Virus record (IMG/VR): IMGVR_UViG_3300047565_000101
Span: 1-64,000 of that record
Source of the DNA: a virus
Lineage: Duplodnaviria; Caudoviricetes
Strand: one strand, 5' to 3'
DNA: 64,000 nucleotides
Shown: positions 44,733 through 55,753 of the stretch, piece after piece
Layout of the letters: the number at the start of each line of letters is the position of its first letter
Numbering within the stretch: the stretch's first letter is position 1
The notes under the pieces: generated by a model
Told to the model about the DNA's origin: nothing
What the model saw: only the letters and a program-made list of their open reading frames with translations
Databases searched by the model: none
Program-made: the position numbers and the translations under genes

Positions 44733-46759
44733 GTCCAGCTTACCGTCCTTCCGTACCATCCATCCAGCTTATATACCGCTGGATCATGCTTTACCGCAGT
44801 GGTTCCAAGAGCACCTCTTGTTTTAATTAAATATCTACCACTAGGTTTAAAATAAGATGACCCAATTGGGTCGTCTGGGTTAGAAAAACCTGGCTTAGAT
44901 AAAGCTAAATACTTATTTGCATCTGCCATGCTCTTTAAGAACTGATGGGTCACTGTGCCGTCAAGCAAAACAATATCGTATCCAATTCCATCATACTCGA
45001 TAATCTCAGAATCAACTAATATGTATCCAGCATAATTAAAGAATTGAAGCTGAGAGCTGTAAGCATCCAGGGAGAATATATCTATAACAAACTCTGTGCT
45101 GTTTAATTCAATGGCATTCTTGAGAGATCCTGCGCTCAGATAGTTTACAGGTGATGTCCATAGGTCAGATGAGCTTTGTGTATAATTAGATACAATTGGT
45201 GTGTGCCATAATACCTGTACACTATTTGCAGATGCAATATCTTTCTTTGCAAAATCAGCAATATTTGGAAGGGTATCTCCATCTTGATCATATGTAAATG
45301 TCCAGACAGAAGATCTTCCGTCCTTATCATATAAATAGTCTCTGCTGTAGAACTGGAGGACATTGTATTCATCCATTACAGCATTCATTTGTATGTCTCT
45401 ACATAAAGCTTGAATAGCTTCCCATGCTGTGGTTCTATTGTCCGTCCACCAATATATAATTTGTGGAACAGATGTATCATTTGCCTTCAAGTTAAATTTA
45501 TAGTTTGTAAATCCAACGGAGTCTAGTAGATTTCTAAGAATCGCTGTTACTGGAAACTTCTCGCAAAGCAAATCTGGGCACAGGGTATCCATCAAATATT
45601 TTGTAGAATCGAGTCCAGTTACTCTTGTGTATCCATGCTCATCAATAGTAAAGGAGTCTGCATAGTAAACTCCATGTGGTGTAATATCATACTTAGATCC
45701 AGTTGACCCAAGGGCTCCATTTTCATGGTATGTCTTGATATAAGGAACAATCTCAGCATTCTTTGTCATGTAAATTAAAGAAGAGTCAAATGATGTGCTT
45801 TCTCTATTATATTCAATTATTTGTAATGCAGACTGATCGTACTTTGCTAATCCAATTTGAAGAGAGTTTGATGTAACCTTTCCAACTGGCAAGATATCTT
45901 CCGATGAAGAAGAAGATTCCTTTTTAACTGAGAATGATGCTATGTCGGAAGAAATATCCTTTATCCATCTAGCGGATATCTCTATAACTCCTACATACTT
46001 TCCTCCGCCTGGATTCGTAGCGGTAACACGAATTGACTTAATGGAAAGAGGTATATCAAAAGATAGGGTATTTTGATTTACCTCTGCACCGTCTACTGCA
46101 GTCCATGATCCACCAGATAAATATATATAAGCATACCCACTAGTTGGTGGGGTGCCAGCATTAACAACTGTTACAGTTGAGTTATCTGATTTTGTAATAA
46201 CTACTGTATACGCAGAAGGTAATGCGTGAAACTTTTCAAACTTGACTATAATCTTATTTACAAGAGCTTCTTTATTGCCAGCAGGAATATCTCCAGTCTT
46301 GCCAGCATTTGACCATGTTGTTGAAGTTTGCTTGTATTGTACAGTTAGATCTATATTTGTATCTTTTGCGCCAATCCAATATTTATAATTAACGCTTATT
46401 CCTGGGTAGTACACTCTAGCTTTTGAGTCCGATCTGCTTGATCCAAAATAATCAACAGTTCTATATGGAGTGTATGACGCTGTGTCAGTTGAAGACATAA
46501 CATAATATTTAGCACCAGAATAAACTGGTCTAAATGGCTTTACGATTGAATCTACTGGGAATAGCTTCTTGAATGGATTAGCGGTGCCTGTTGGCCAATC
46601 TGTAATCTTGCTAATATATGTGCTATCTGATGTTGCTGACGTTACTGTAATCCCGTCTATAATTGAATTCATATTTAATTCTAGGGTGCAGCCAAGGGAA
46701 GTCTTTACAGTTGTTTCATTCTTATAGATATTCTTAAGATTATCAGAGGAGGTTAGCAT
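44729..46759 (-). CDS. Minor tail / baseplate hub protein
   Basis: Position after distal-tail gene; AWEAIQALCRD..MNAVMDEYNVLQF. Confidence 0.7.
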   Translation of the reverse strand: MLTSSDNLKNIYKNETTVKTSLGCTLELNMNSIIDGITVTSATSDSTYISKITDWPTGTANPFKKLFPVDSIVKPFRPVYSGAKYYVMSSTDTASYTPYRTVDYFGSSRSDSKARVYYPGISVNYKYWIGAKDTNIDLTVQYKQTSTTWSNAGKTGDIPAGNKEALVNKIIVKFEKFHALPSAYTVVITKSDNSTVTVVNAGTPPTSGYAYIYLSGGSWTAVDGAEVNQNTLSFDIPLSIKSIRVTATNPGGGKYVGVIEISARWIKDISSDIASFSVKKESSSSSEDILPVGKVTSNSLQIGLAKYDQSALQIIEYNRESTSFDSSLIYMTKNAEIVPYIKTYHENGALGSTGSKYDITPHGVYYADSFTIDEHGYTRVTGLDSTKYLMDTLCPDLLCEKFPVTAILRNLLDSVGFTNYKFNLKANDTSVPQIIYWWTDNRTTAWEAIQALCRDIQMNAVMDEYNVLQFYSRDYLYDKDGRSSVWTFTYDQDGDTLPNIADFAKKDIASANSVQVLWHTPIVSNYTQSSSDLWTSPVNYLSAGSLKNAIELNSTEFVIDIFSLDAYSSQLQFFNYAGYILVDSEIIEYDGIGYDIVLLDGTVTHQFLKSMADANKYLALSKPGFSNPDDPIGSSYFKPSGRYLIKTRGALGTTAVKHDPAVYKLDGWYGRTVSWT

Positions 46760-47232
46760 TATACCTCTTCCAATGACATTGACACATTATAGTGAGCTTG
46801 AACTCCACGCTTTTGAAGTACGGAATTAAATGATGTGAATACAACATTGTACTCTTCGTATCCCGAAGACTCCTGATTTGTTCCGTCTTTTGCGTAGTTT
46901 ATTCTAATTCGGAAAGAATCTCTTCCTTCTGTACTCTTATAAAATGTTTTTAAATCTTCCGCTCCCCAATATCCATCTACAGTAAATTCTCTGTATGCTG
47001 GAAGTAGATCCCAAGAAACATCAAAGACAGCCTTATCAGCTACAAAATGCTTTCTTAGTGTTCCATTTGACATTCTTTGTGCATTTTCAATACGGTTATT
47101 ACCCTCAGTAAACTCTGATCTATTATGCTCTGAAACCTTATTAAACTGAAGGGTTGTTACAGGTGGGTTAGCCAATGGATCCTTTGCCTCGATTTGAAGC
47201 AATGTTCCTTTAGGTAGCGTTAAATAGCTCAT
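46759..47232 (-). CDS. Distal tail protein-like
   Basis: Follows tape measure; RMSNGTLRK...SWDLLP...SLEEV. Confidence 0.65.
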   Translation of the reverse strand: MSYLTLPKGTLLQIEAKDPLANPPVTTLQFNKVSEHNRSEFTEGNNRIENAQRMSNGTLRKHFVADKAVFDVSWDLLPAYREFTVDGYWGAEDLKTFYKSTEGRDSFRIRINYAKDGTNQESSGYEEYNVVFTSFNSVLQKRGVQAHYNVSMSLEEV

Positions 47233-50200
47233 ATTCTCTTGACCCCAGGCTTTCCTTCTGCTGCAAAATTAACATCCTTGATATTCTTCATAGCAGTAAT
47301 TGTCTTTCTTGTCACAACCTCAGAAAGCTGCTCCATGTTCATATCTGTTCCGCTAATATTATTTATAATTGTTATTCCACCCATTTTACCATTTGATGAA
47401 TTATTAGCAAGGCTTACTGAGTTAGATGCTAAATTATACATTGGCATATTAAACTTATGGGTTGGAATTATGTCGGCTGTCTGATTAAACTTAATAATCT
47501 CTGGGCCATTCTCTCCTACAAGGGCAACTGTTCCAGCCATTCCACGCATGCCGTTCCACCCCTTTGCCTTAGGAGTCATGCCCTTCTTTAATGTTTTTCC
47601 AGGCTCTTGATCTGTTCTATATCTAACACCAGTATTTGTTACAACATACTCTATTCCATTTTGTGTAACAAGTCTGTTTGCGATAGCCTTTGTTTCAACC
47701 TGTCCAGTTGTTGCAGATACGGTTGTAGTAGTAGTCTTTGGGCCATCTGTAACCTTTTTCCCAGTAAATGTTTCAACTGCTAATGTAAACGCATCTACTG
47801 CTTTATCAAACTTTGTTCCAGCCTTTGCGAGAGTCAAAGTTTCACTAGAAAGATCTGAGAATATTCTTTGGTATGGCTTACCCATATCATTTAAGTCGGA
47901 AGGACCTGGTGCAGACTTTAATCCACCAGGAGAATATTTCTTTTCCATTTCCATTGCTGCTGCCTTAAGGCTAGCATTCGAGCTAGACTTTGCATTGTTT
48001 AATACAGCTGCAATTTCTTTTCCAGCTTCCGCTGTGTACTTACCGCCATGCTTTGCAATTATAGAAGCTAGCTCGCTTGAAAGAGCTTCGGCCTCAGCTG
48101 CTACAGCTGCCTTATTTTCTGATGCGCTTTGTGAGGATGCAACTGCTTTTGCTACTGAGTCTTTCTGATCTTGTAGTCTTTGAATCTGATCCTCAAGCTT
48201 CTTAATATCTGCGTCGTACTTATCGTTAATAGACTGACGAGCGAGCTCTCTTTGTCTATCGGCAGAAAGCTGTTCTATTGAAAGCTTTTCTTGTGCAGCT
48301 TGAGCCAAGTTACCAGTAGCGAGTGCTTGCTGATATCTAATTTGAGCTTGCTTAACCTGTGTTTCAAAATTTTGTGACTTCTCTTGAATATCAAGTATTT
48401 CAAGTCTCTTGTCTCTTTCTTCCTCAAGCTTATCAATTAATTTCTGCTTAGCCTTAATCTGATCATCAATTGATTGTGAGTCCTGCTTAGCTGCATTATT
48501 TGCAGCCTTTGCAGCCTTATCAGCAGCAGCTCTTGCAGCAACAGCAACCTTTCCGATTGATGTCTGCTTATTAATAACTTTAGTAGCAGACTCACTAACT
48601 CTTTCATATCCAGCAGCAACATCAACAGCCTGATCTGGTGTGAGTAGCCCTATATCAACTGTTGTGCTTAATCCACTTAAGTAAAGTCTATACTTTGCAA
48701 ATACACTTAGAATTGTCTCTGCATTTCCAAGCATTGAACCAAGTGCTAGGTCTTGGCTCTTAAGCAATGTCAATGTATTTTGATCCATTGGAAGAGTAGC
48801 TGTTTTTGTTGCCTTTAACTTTTCAAAAGTTAGCTCTAATGACTTTGCCTGATCAACAACTTGTCCATCAACCTTAGTTCCTACAAGAGACTGTCTATAT
48901 GACTCAAAGCTACTAATTACATTATCTAGTCCACGCTGAAACTCTTCCGCATTAAATGTTTGTGGGTCTGAGAGCTGCTTTCCAAGCAATGACAATGAGT
49001 GTGTGGCAGCGCTTGACTTATCTATGATGGACTTAAATCCCTTTGATGATATGGCTGAGAATGCTTGGTTTGCCTTATCTGAGGCTGAAATAATTGTATA
49101 AATCTTATTTGTAGCTTCTTGAACGCTCATGCCCATTGCAACAAACTGAGCCTTCATTGAAGATGCTAAATCTACAACCTTGCTATCGTCTGCCTTATTA
49201 AAGATTGATACTGTTTCTTTTGCATTTTTCTTAGCAGATGCAATGCCTTCTTTAAGCTCCTTGATTGTTAAAGTTAATCCAGATACTCCAGAGCCACTGA
49301 ATGAATCGTAAGCTGTCTCAACCTTTGCCTTGCTTAGCTCAAGCTGCTTATTCATTTCCTTAATCTTATCTGATATACTTACATACTTTAAGCCAACTTC
49401 AGCAAGGGCTGACTTTGTTCCTCCGTACATTGCACGATTTACTTCACCTGCATCTTCTGCGCTCTTTCTCCACATTTGAAGACCCTTAACCATCATGAAT
49501 AAGGATCCGATAACAGCTCCTGGTATTGTTAGCCTACCGAGTATTGATGCAACCTTAGTTAAAGTAGGTAAGAATCCTCCAACCATCTTAAGTCCTGATA
49601 GCATTGGAAGAATATTAGAGGCAATCATAATTGCTGTTCCAGCACCACCACCGACTGCCTGGCCAGCTGCCATTCCAGCCATTCCAATTCCCATTTGAGT
49701 GCCTAGACCCATAGTAGGAAGGCCGTTACCAAACATGCTCTTACCATATGAATTTTTTAGACCAGCTCTATAAGCTCCAACTGCTCCACCAGCATTGTAA
49801 CCAGGAACCATTCCACCCTTATTTAGATGAATCATTCCTCCACGATTTCTCATGGCTCTTGAACCAGTTTTTCTAATAGCTGCGCCTATTGGATCAAAAC
49901 CAAGCTGCAATGACTTAAGAAGTCCGAATGAGCCACCTCTTCTTACGAGTGGCATTCCTACGTTTGTTTTTCTTCCAGCATGTGGTAAGAACTTATCTGG
50001 GAACTTAGAAGTATTTGGATTTCTATCCACTAGCTGTAATTCATCTATTGGAATATGAGCATAACTTAACTTCTTGCCATCTCTTTGTCCAGCTGGAACA
50101 GCTTGTCTTTGTGTTTCATAAGACAATCCATGCTCATTGGAGGTTATTGCTCTAGTAGCCTCATGTCTTATTTTAAATGGCTTCTGACCAGGAACCTTGA

Positions 50201-53200
50201 CTATAATATTATTTTCATTCTTTGGATCAGCAGCAAACTCTATTTCTTTTCCATACTTAGATGAAAGAGTAGATATTAGTGCACTTCTTCTTTGATCAAT
50301 TGTTCCTTCTCCAGGGAATGAGAATCTCATTGCACCAGTGCTGGCTAGTACCTTTATTGCATCTTTAGATAGGCCCGCCTTTAAGTAAGCTGCAGTTAAA
50401 TGCTTTCCAAATTGCATTTCAGTCAAAGGATCTTGAGGGTTGCCGATTGAAGATGACAATGAGCTTAATATAATGCTCTTTTGATCATCAGTGATTGATC
50501 CATAGCCAGCTTTACTCATTAACCTACTAGCCATATCAAAGGCACCTGGCTGAGAGAATTCAGACAAGAATGCTGCTCCAGGTATTCCTCTTCCACCACG
50601 TGTTGTTAAATTAGATTGACCATGCATCATTGGGTATACAGAATTCTGTAACATTGGGATGCTAATTCCTGCATGCTCCAAGAGAGCCATTACCTTATAT
50701 TGCTCGCCTCTGCCTAGCTTAGATGCATTGTTTAGTGCATCATAAACGCTTGTGTTATCCTTCTTTATAGCACCATTAGAACCAATATTATATCCTGGTC
50801 CAGTAGAGCCAGAACCATTAATTGCTTGAAGCAATGGCAGGTTAGCTCTTGTTGATTTAGCATTTACAACAAACTCTCCAGGAGTAAGCATAGCTGGAAC
50901 AACATCTGCATTTACATTTGGGCCTGGAACAATGTTGCCATCATTTAGTGTATAGACATATCCACCACTATTCAATCTCTTTGGCTTAGTTGTTTCGATA
51001 CTATAACCACCACCAGAAGTTCTAACGCCAAGAGCTCCTGCAATTTTATTAACTAAAGTAGAAGTAGAGGACTTATGGAAAAGCTCCTTCATATTTGACT
51101 TTCCAGTCTTTGGATCAATAACTGGCTGTGATGTCAATGGAACTGTTGTGAGATTTGCCACTCTTCCTTGAGAAATTGCTACAGCTTGTGTTGTTTCAAC
51201 AATCATTTTTTCTACAGCTATATTTAAATCAATAATCTTTTGTCTTGCGACATCAACCTTTATTTTGCCTGCCTGTAGATCTGCGACAATAAGAGATGCT
51301 TCTTGTGCAGCACCAGTTGTAATGTTAGTAATCTGTGGAAGAAGTGCTTGATAAGAAGCTGAGAGCTCTGATGTAATGGCACCAGTTGAAGCAACCTCCT
51401 TCTTAAGAACTGCAATTTCTTCCTTTGACTGCATTGCTAGGGCACCAGTCATAGAGTGCCACTTTGCAGCTTCCGCTGCAACTACTCCAACCGACTTGCC
51501 CTTTCTAGCTGTGACATTCTCAAATAAAGGCATGTCATCATTCATATAAACCTGCGGTGTTGCACCAAGATTTCTATTCAATGGAATTGGATTTGGGACC
51601 ATTCCGAATATAGTCTGATTCATCTTCTGCTGTTCTGTCATTCCAGAAACAGGGTTCATGTGTGCGCTTGCTCTACTTCCAGCTGGACCAATTAATGGGT
51701 GCTCTGGGTTAGCAACTCTTGATGCGCCTTGAATAATTGTATTACCTTGTACTGTAGATATAGTTGGCTGTACTGATACGCTACCAGATGCGGCTTTTTG
51801 CTGAAGGATTGTTAACTGATCATTTACACCCTGAAGAGCTGCCTTGAGAGCAAGTGCTGCCTCTGCATCGCTATAGAATGTCTTCTCAATTAAATCTCCA
51901 GCCTTTTGAGCTGCTACCATCTCTGGTGTTAATAATTTAAATCCTTCTCCACCCTTAAAGAGTGCCTTGAAGTGACCAATTCCCTTGATAATATATCCAA
52001 AGAAGTTTGCAAACACACCAGTTAACATAATAAGTGGACCAGCTAAAGCTGTAAATCCACCAATAATTGTAATAATATTTTTAAGAGGCTCAGGCATCTT
52101 ATTAATAAAGTCTAATACCTTATTAACAACTCCGATAATACTTGTTCCAATAGTAAGGAACTTATCTCCAACTTCCGCCATGTTTGCCTTGAGCGTTTCT
52201 AATGCTCTTGCATACTTACCTGCTGCCGACTCTGTTACTTGCGCTAATTCTCCAGTTGCTATCTGCTGAAGATCTGCTGAGCTTGCCTTCATCAAATCAA
52301 GAACCTGAAGTGTCTGGCTTCCTTGCTTTCCAAGATTCTCAAACAATGCGTTCATTCTTGAGAACTGGAACTTACCAAATAGCTGCTCAATAGCCTGCTG
52401 CTTTTGAAGCGGATTAAGCTTATCTAGTGCCCCCTGTAAATCTAATAATGTCTGCGTTACATTGCCAGCATTATTATTTACAATTCCAAGCAAGTCTATT
52501 CCAAAGCTCTTGAATTGTCCTACTGCAACCTTAGTTGGGTTAATGAGAGAAGCAAGACCAGACTTTAATGCGTTTGCACCTTCTGTTGCATTGATTCCGC
52601 CTTCACGCATTGCTGTTAGGTATAAAGCTAAGTCTTTTACATCTCCGCCAAGACCCTTTACTACTGGGCCAGCTTTTGGAATCGCTTCAACTAAGTCAGA
52701 AAGGCTTGTTGAGGTTTGGTTTTCAACTGCGTTAAGAAAGTTAATTGATTGAGAAAGCTCTTCTGTATTTTGCTTAAATGCGCTTTGAATAGCAAGAGTT
52801 GCCTTCATAGCCTCTTGCCTATCAACTTCACCAAGTACTGAAAGTCTAGTTGTTTCTTCTACCGATCTAAGTAGTTCATTTCCAGTCTTACCAGTTGCTG
52901 CAATATCTGCTGCAAGAGCAATAGTATCTTTAAATGAAACGCCCATTGATGCAGAAAGCTCTTTAGCTGTCTGAGATACATCGTCTCTAACCTTCTGAAG
53001 GTTTGTCGAGGAAGTCTTTGAAAGATCTCCGTAAACCTTAGTGAGTCTTGTTAATTCTTTATCTACTTCTCTAAATGCCTTTGCAGCTGCCATTCCGAAG
53101 CCAGCAATTGGCACAGTAAGTCCAACTGTAAGCTGTCTACCAGCCCACTGAGTATTCTTACCCCAGTTAATTAATTGAACTCCGCCATCTTGCACAACCT

Positions 53201-53687
53201 TGTTATAGATCTGCATTTCAGTTCTAGCAAGCAGCGTCTTATTCTTTATATTATCCAATCCCTTTGGGACATGGACATTAAACTTCATCATGCCATCGGC
53301 TGCCTTGCCTAATGGCTGTACTACTGCATTTTGTAATGCTACTTGCTGCTGAGCGAGATCTCTAATTAAACCGCCAGAGGTTCTGGTATGCTCTTGCCAT
53401 GTCTTAAAATAATCACGTAGCTTGAGCTTACCAGAATCCAGCTGTTTTCCAAATTTTTGTACATCATCTGAAACAGTAACAAAGTGTGTAGAGAATTGAC
53501 CAGTTGCTCTAAGAGTATCTCCTAGCGCCTTCTGTGCTGCATTTGCTTGTGATGCCAATGCTGTATTGGTCAAAGCAACTTGCTGCTTAAATTTAGCTAA
53601 TGCTGCCGAGGTTCGTTGCACATCTGCAATCAAACCTGAAAAGTCGGACGTTGCAACTATATTCGTTACAATTTGTTCATCAGCCAT
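47229..53687 (-). CDS. Tape measure protein
   Basis: 2152 aa, helical; TP901-type core; DVVPAMLTPGEFVVN; follows chaperones. Confidence 0.93.
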   Translation of the reverse strand: MADEQIVTNIVATSDFSGLIADVQRTSAALAKFKQQVALTNTALASQANAAQKALGDTLRATGQFSTHFVTVSDDVQKFGKQLDSGKLKLRDYFKTWQEHTRTSGGLIRDLAQQQVALQNAVVQPLGKAADGMMKFNVHVPKGLDNIKNKTLLARTEMQIYNKVVQDGGVQLINWGKNTQWAGRQLTVGLTVPIAGFGMAAAKAFREVDKELTRLTKVYGDLSKTSSTNLQKVRDDVSQTAKELSASMGVSFKDTIALAADIAATGKTGNELLRSVEETTRLSVLGEVDRQEAMKATLAIQSAFKQNTEELSQSINFLNAVENQTSTSLSDLVEAIPKAGPVVKGLGGDVKDLALYLTAMREGGINATEGANALKSGLASLINPTKVAVGQFKSFGIDLLGIVNNNAGNVTQTLLDLQGALDKLNPLQKQQAIEQLFGKFQFSRMNALFENLGKQGSQTLQVLDLMKASSADLQQIATGELAQVTESAAGKYARALETLKANMAEVGDKFLTIGTSIIGVVNKVLDFINKMPEPLKNIITIIGGFTALAGPLIMLTGVFANFFGYIIKGIGHFKALFKGGEGFKLLTPEMVAAQKAGDLIEKTFYSDAEAALALKAALQGVNDQLTILQQKAASGSVSVQPTISTVQGNTIIQGASRVANPEHPLIGPAGSRASAHMNPVSGMTEQQKMNQTIFGMVPNPIPLNRNLGATPQVYMNDDMPLFENVTARKGKSVGVVAAEAAKWHSMTGALAMQSKEEIAVLKKEVASTGAITSELSASYQALLPQITNITTGAAQEASLIVADLQAGKIKVDVARQKIIDLNIAVEKMIVETTQAVAISQGRVANLTTVPLTSQPVIDPKTGKSNMKELFHKSSTSTLVNKIAGALGVRTSGGGYSIETTKPKRLNSGGYVYTLNDGNIVPGPNVNADVVPAMLTPGEFVVNAKSTRANLPLLQAINGSGSTGPGYNIGSNGAIKKDNTSVYDALNNASKLGRGEQYKVMALLEHAGISIPMLQNSVYPMMHGQSNLTTRGGRGIPGAAFLSEFSQPGAFDMASRLMSKAGYGSITDDQKSIILSSLSSSIGNPQDPLTEMQFGKHLTAAYLKAGLSKDAIKVLASTGAMRFSFPGEGTIDQRRSALISTLSSKYGKEIEFAADPKNENNIIVKVPGQKPFKIRHEATRAITSNEHGLSYETQRQAVPAGQRDGKKLSYAHIPIDELQLVDRNPNTSKFPDKFLPHAGRKTNVGMPLVRRGGSFGLLKSLQLGFDPIGAAIRKTGSRAMRNRGGMIHLNKGGMVPGYNAGGAVGAYRAGLKNSYGKSMFGNGLPTMGLGTQMGIGMAGMAAGQAVGGGAGTAIMIASNILPMLSGLKMVGGFLPTLTKVASILGRLTIPGAVIGSLFMMVKGLQMWRKSAEDAGEVNRAMYGGTKSALAEVGLKYVSISDKIKEMNKQLELSKAKVETAYDSFSGSGVSGLTLTIKELKEGIASAKKNAKETVSIFNKADDSKVVDLASSMKAQFVAMGMSVQEATNKIYTIISASDKANQAFSAISSKGFKSIIDKSSAATHSLSLLGKQLSDPQTFNAEEFQRGLDNVISSFESYRQSLVGTKVDGQVVDQAKSLELTFEKLKATKTATLPMDQNTLTLLKSQDLALGSMLGNAETILSVFAKYRLYLSGLSTTVDIGLLTPDQAVDVAAGYERVSESATKVINKQTSIGKVAVAARAAADKAAKAANNAAKQDSQSIDDQIKAKQKLIDKLEEERDKRLEILDIQEKSQNFETQVKQAQIRYQQALATGNLAQAAQEKLSIEQLSADRQRELARQSINDKYDADIKKLEDQIQRLQDQKDSVAKAVASSQSASENKAAVAAEAEALSSELASIIAKHGGKYTAEAGKEIAAVLNNAKSSSNASLKAAAMEMEKKYSPGGLKSAPGPSDLNDMGKPYQRIFSDLSSETLTLAKAGTKFDKAVDAFTLAVETFTGKKVTDGPKTTTTTVSATTGQVETKAIANRLVTQNGIEYVVTNTGVRYRTDQEPGKTLKKGMTPKAKGWNGMRGMAGTVALVGENGPEIIKFNQTADIIPTHKFNMPMYNLASNSVSLANNSSNGKMGGITIINNISGTDMNMEQLSEVVTRKTITAMKNIKDVNFAAEGKPGVKRI

Positions 53688-53695
53688 ATATTATT

Positions 53696-54064
53696 CTATA
53701 CCCCTTGGTATCCTAGGCCCATTCCAATTCCAAATCCTTCACCCATTGCAGTACTGCCTTGTAGTGAAACTATGTCATCTGATCCTGCATTGATTCCCAT
53801 AGCTTTTCTTTGAATATCTTCGAAGGTAGGACCCTCCTCTTCTGTTGTTTCATTTAAGTCAACACCTTGAAGTGATGCCAGGAATCTCCTTTTATCATCT
53901 TCCGTCTTCTGCATTGCCTTAAACGTTTGTATCAGCTCTGGCATGGATAAGTTTTCTTCTAACTCTTCGTAATTTTTCCAATTACCGAGCAAGAAGACCT
54001 CACCCTCTAAAGCGGCTAAATCTAGTTCTGACCAGCCAGAACCGCTGCCGCTAGAAGGTTTGGG
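53696..54064 (-). CDS. Tail assembly chaperone, -1 frameshifted extension (gpT-like)
   Basis: -1 frame opens right after a TGA at slippery C-CCA-AAC (54058-54064). Confidence 0.75.
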   Translation of the reverse strand, partial: PKPSSGSGSGWSELDLAALEGEVFLLGNWKNYEELEENLSMPELIQTFKAMQKTEDDKRRFLASLQGVDLNETTEEEGPTFEDIQRKAMGINAGSDDIVSLQGSTAMGEGFGIGMGLGYQGV

Positions 54065-54354
54065 TCATCCATCTTGATGCCTCCACAAACTTCTAGAATT
54101 CTATTGATTGTTGGAACATCCAATAGATCTTCAAACGCATCTCTATCCTTAACAATTTCTGGCAGCTGCTTTTCTAATGCTACTGCACATGCGTTAATAA
54201 GAATATCGAGAGTCTCATCTTCTGTTTCTGCTGAGCCAGTCTTATTGATCTCAACCATGAATTTTCTTAGTTCTTTAATTGATAGTGGTTTTAGCTTTAC
54301 GACTGTTCCATCCTGTAATGGAATCTCTTCTGTATCGTATACTGTAGTTGCCAA
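54022..54354 (-). CDS. Tail assembly chaperone (gpG-like)
   Basis: Between major tail and TMP; LKPLSIKELRKF; AGGAGG RBS. Confidence 0.8.
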   Translation of the reverse strand: MATTVYDTEEIPLQDGTVVKLKPLSIKELRKFMVEINKTGSAETEDETLDILINACAVALEKQLPEIVKDRDAFEDLLDVPTINRILEVCGGIKMDDPNLLAAAVLAGQN

Positions 54355-54414
54355 TTTATCCTCCTAGGATTCGTCTTAATTATTATAACAAAGAGATGTT
54401 ACTAATACAAACAG

Positions 54415-54438
54415 AAAACCCCCATTTCTGGGGGCTTT
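54415..54438 (-). terminator. Intrinsic terminator after major tail gene
   Basis: GCCCCCA-GAAA-TGGGGGT-TTT. Confidence 0.8.
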
Positions 54439-54460
54439 CCTATATTTAATTATTATTAAA

Positions 54461-55144
54461 TTATGCAGATGCTCTAAAGCGGTCTACGATCTTACCGTAC
54501 TCTGATCCAGAATATGTTGCATCTGGGAGAAGACGGAAAGTAACTGGGAATGAAGTTGGTGTATTACGTGCGAGTGAGAACTGTGACTGCTGTACAGAAA
54601 GCACACGACGACCATAATATACACGCTCTGTATTTGGAGATGTCGCTGTTGGAGCTGGTCCTACTGCGATGAGCTGACGCTCTGTTGGAGCCTCAAGGAG
54701 AGCTCCACCTGCAATATTAAGAGTTTCGTTTCCTGTTGCTGAAAGTGTTCCAGAACGGCTGCTTGACTTCTGACCGAAAACAGTCATAACGTTAAACAAT
54801 GTACCTTCTGAGAGCTCTGTTGCGAGCATAACTTCCATTGACTCCTTGAACAGCTTAGCTGTATCGAGGAGCTGATCTACTGTTACTGAACCGTATGTTG
54901 GGTTGTAAGTAATCTGAAGACCGTTGTTTGTAAATCCAACGTTTGTGTAACCATTTGCTACAGTTGAACCAACAACTGCTGAACGAAGATCACCGTTTCC
55001 ATCGACTGCAGAACCATTTGAACCTGTTGCGAATGAACTGAGTCCTGTTGGGTCTAATACTGCATATTCGCTATCTGTTGAATCTAGAGTAGTAATATTA
55101 AGCGGTGCTGCACCGATAATAATATTCTTAGCATTAAATGCCAT
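54461..55144 (-). CDS. Major tail tube protein
   Basis: VGFTNNGLQITY.P...VDQL...ATELSE..L.N; strong RBS plus terminator. Confidence 0.85.
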   Translation of the reverse strand: MAFNAKNIIIGAAPLNITTLDSTDSEYAVLDPTGLSSFATGSNGSAVDGNGDLRSAVVGSTVANGYTNVGFTNNGLQITYNPTYGSVTVDQLLDTAKLFKESMEVMLATELSEGTLFNVMTVFGQKSSSRSGTLSATGNETLNIAGGALLEAPTERQLIAVGPAPTATSPNTERVYYGRRVLSVQQSQFSLARNTPTSFPVTFRLLPDATYSGSEYGKIVDRFRASA

Positions 55145-55243
55145 TTTAACCTCCTGTTAAAATATTTCTTTTATTTCAAAATTTTGGCTGGCTAGGCCCT
55201 TTCCTCTAGTATAATTTTAAGCCATAAATGGCACTAAAGCAAA

Positions 55244-55753
55244 CTAGGCAAATCTGCCAGAGCCGTCAGTAATTCTTGAGTATTTAACCTCAAGGACTAC
55301 ATCTGATGAGAGGAATCCAGCTAGTTCTTTTGATGGCTCAGTTGGGGATATATCTGCCACATAGATACTATGGAATTTAAATCCTGAAGGAAGGCTTGTG
55401 TCTGCATTTACTTCCTTTGCAGTAACATCCATTCTTCTGAATATATCGATCATCGCATTTCGAATCTCATTTATCTCTGAGAAGTCTGTCGCAAATATTG
55501 TAAACAGGACTTGCTCATTACATATTAGCCAGTTATCGTCATAGGACATTCCTACCTTATCGTAGATAATATGCTTCTTCCCGCTCAAATACTGGTTGAA
55601 GTCTGGAGATTGTTGTACTGGTATTATCGGAATAAATGTATCTCCGAGGGAATCTGAATAATAGTCTGAATCATTCATGACCTCAAGGTCTAAAAGGTTA
55701 TTCCATAAGAACAATCTTAAATTATATACTGCATCTTTCTTGTAATCAGCCAT
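55244..55753 (-). CDS. Tail terminator-like protein
   Basis: Synteny before major tail. Confidence 0.6.
   Translation of the reverse strand: MADYKKDAVYNLRLFLWNNLLDLEVMNDSDYYSDSLGDTFIPIIPVQQSPDFNQYLSGKKHIIYDKVGMSYDDNWLICNEQVLFTIFATDFSEINEIRNAMIDIFRRMDVTAKEVNADTSLPSGFKFHSIYVADISPTEPSKELAGFLSSDVVLEVKYSRITDGSGRFA

Noticed and set aside
43038-46759. Frameshift or pseudogene splitting one large tail protein
   Set aside because: The junction is an ordinary ATGA stop/start overlap and both ORFs are intact.
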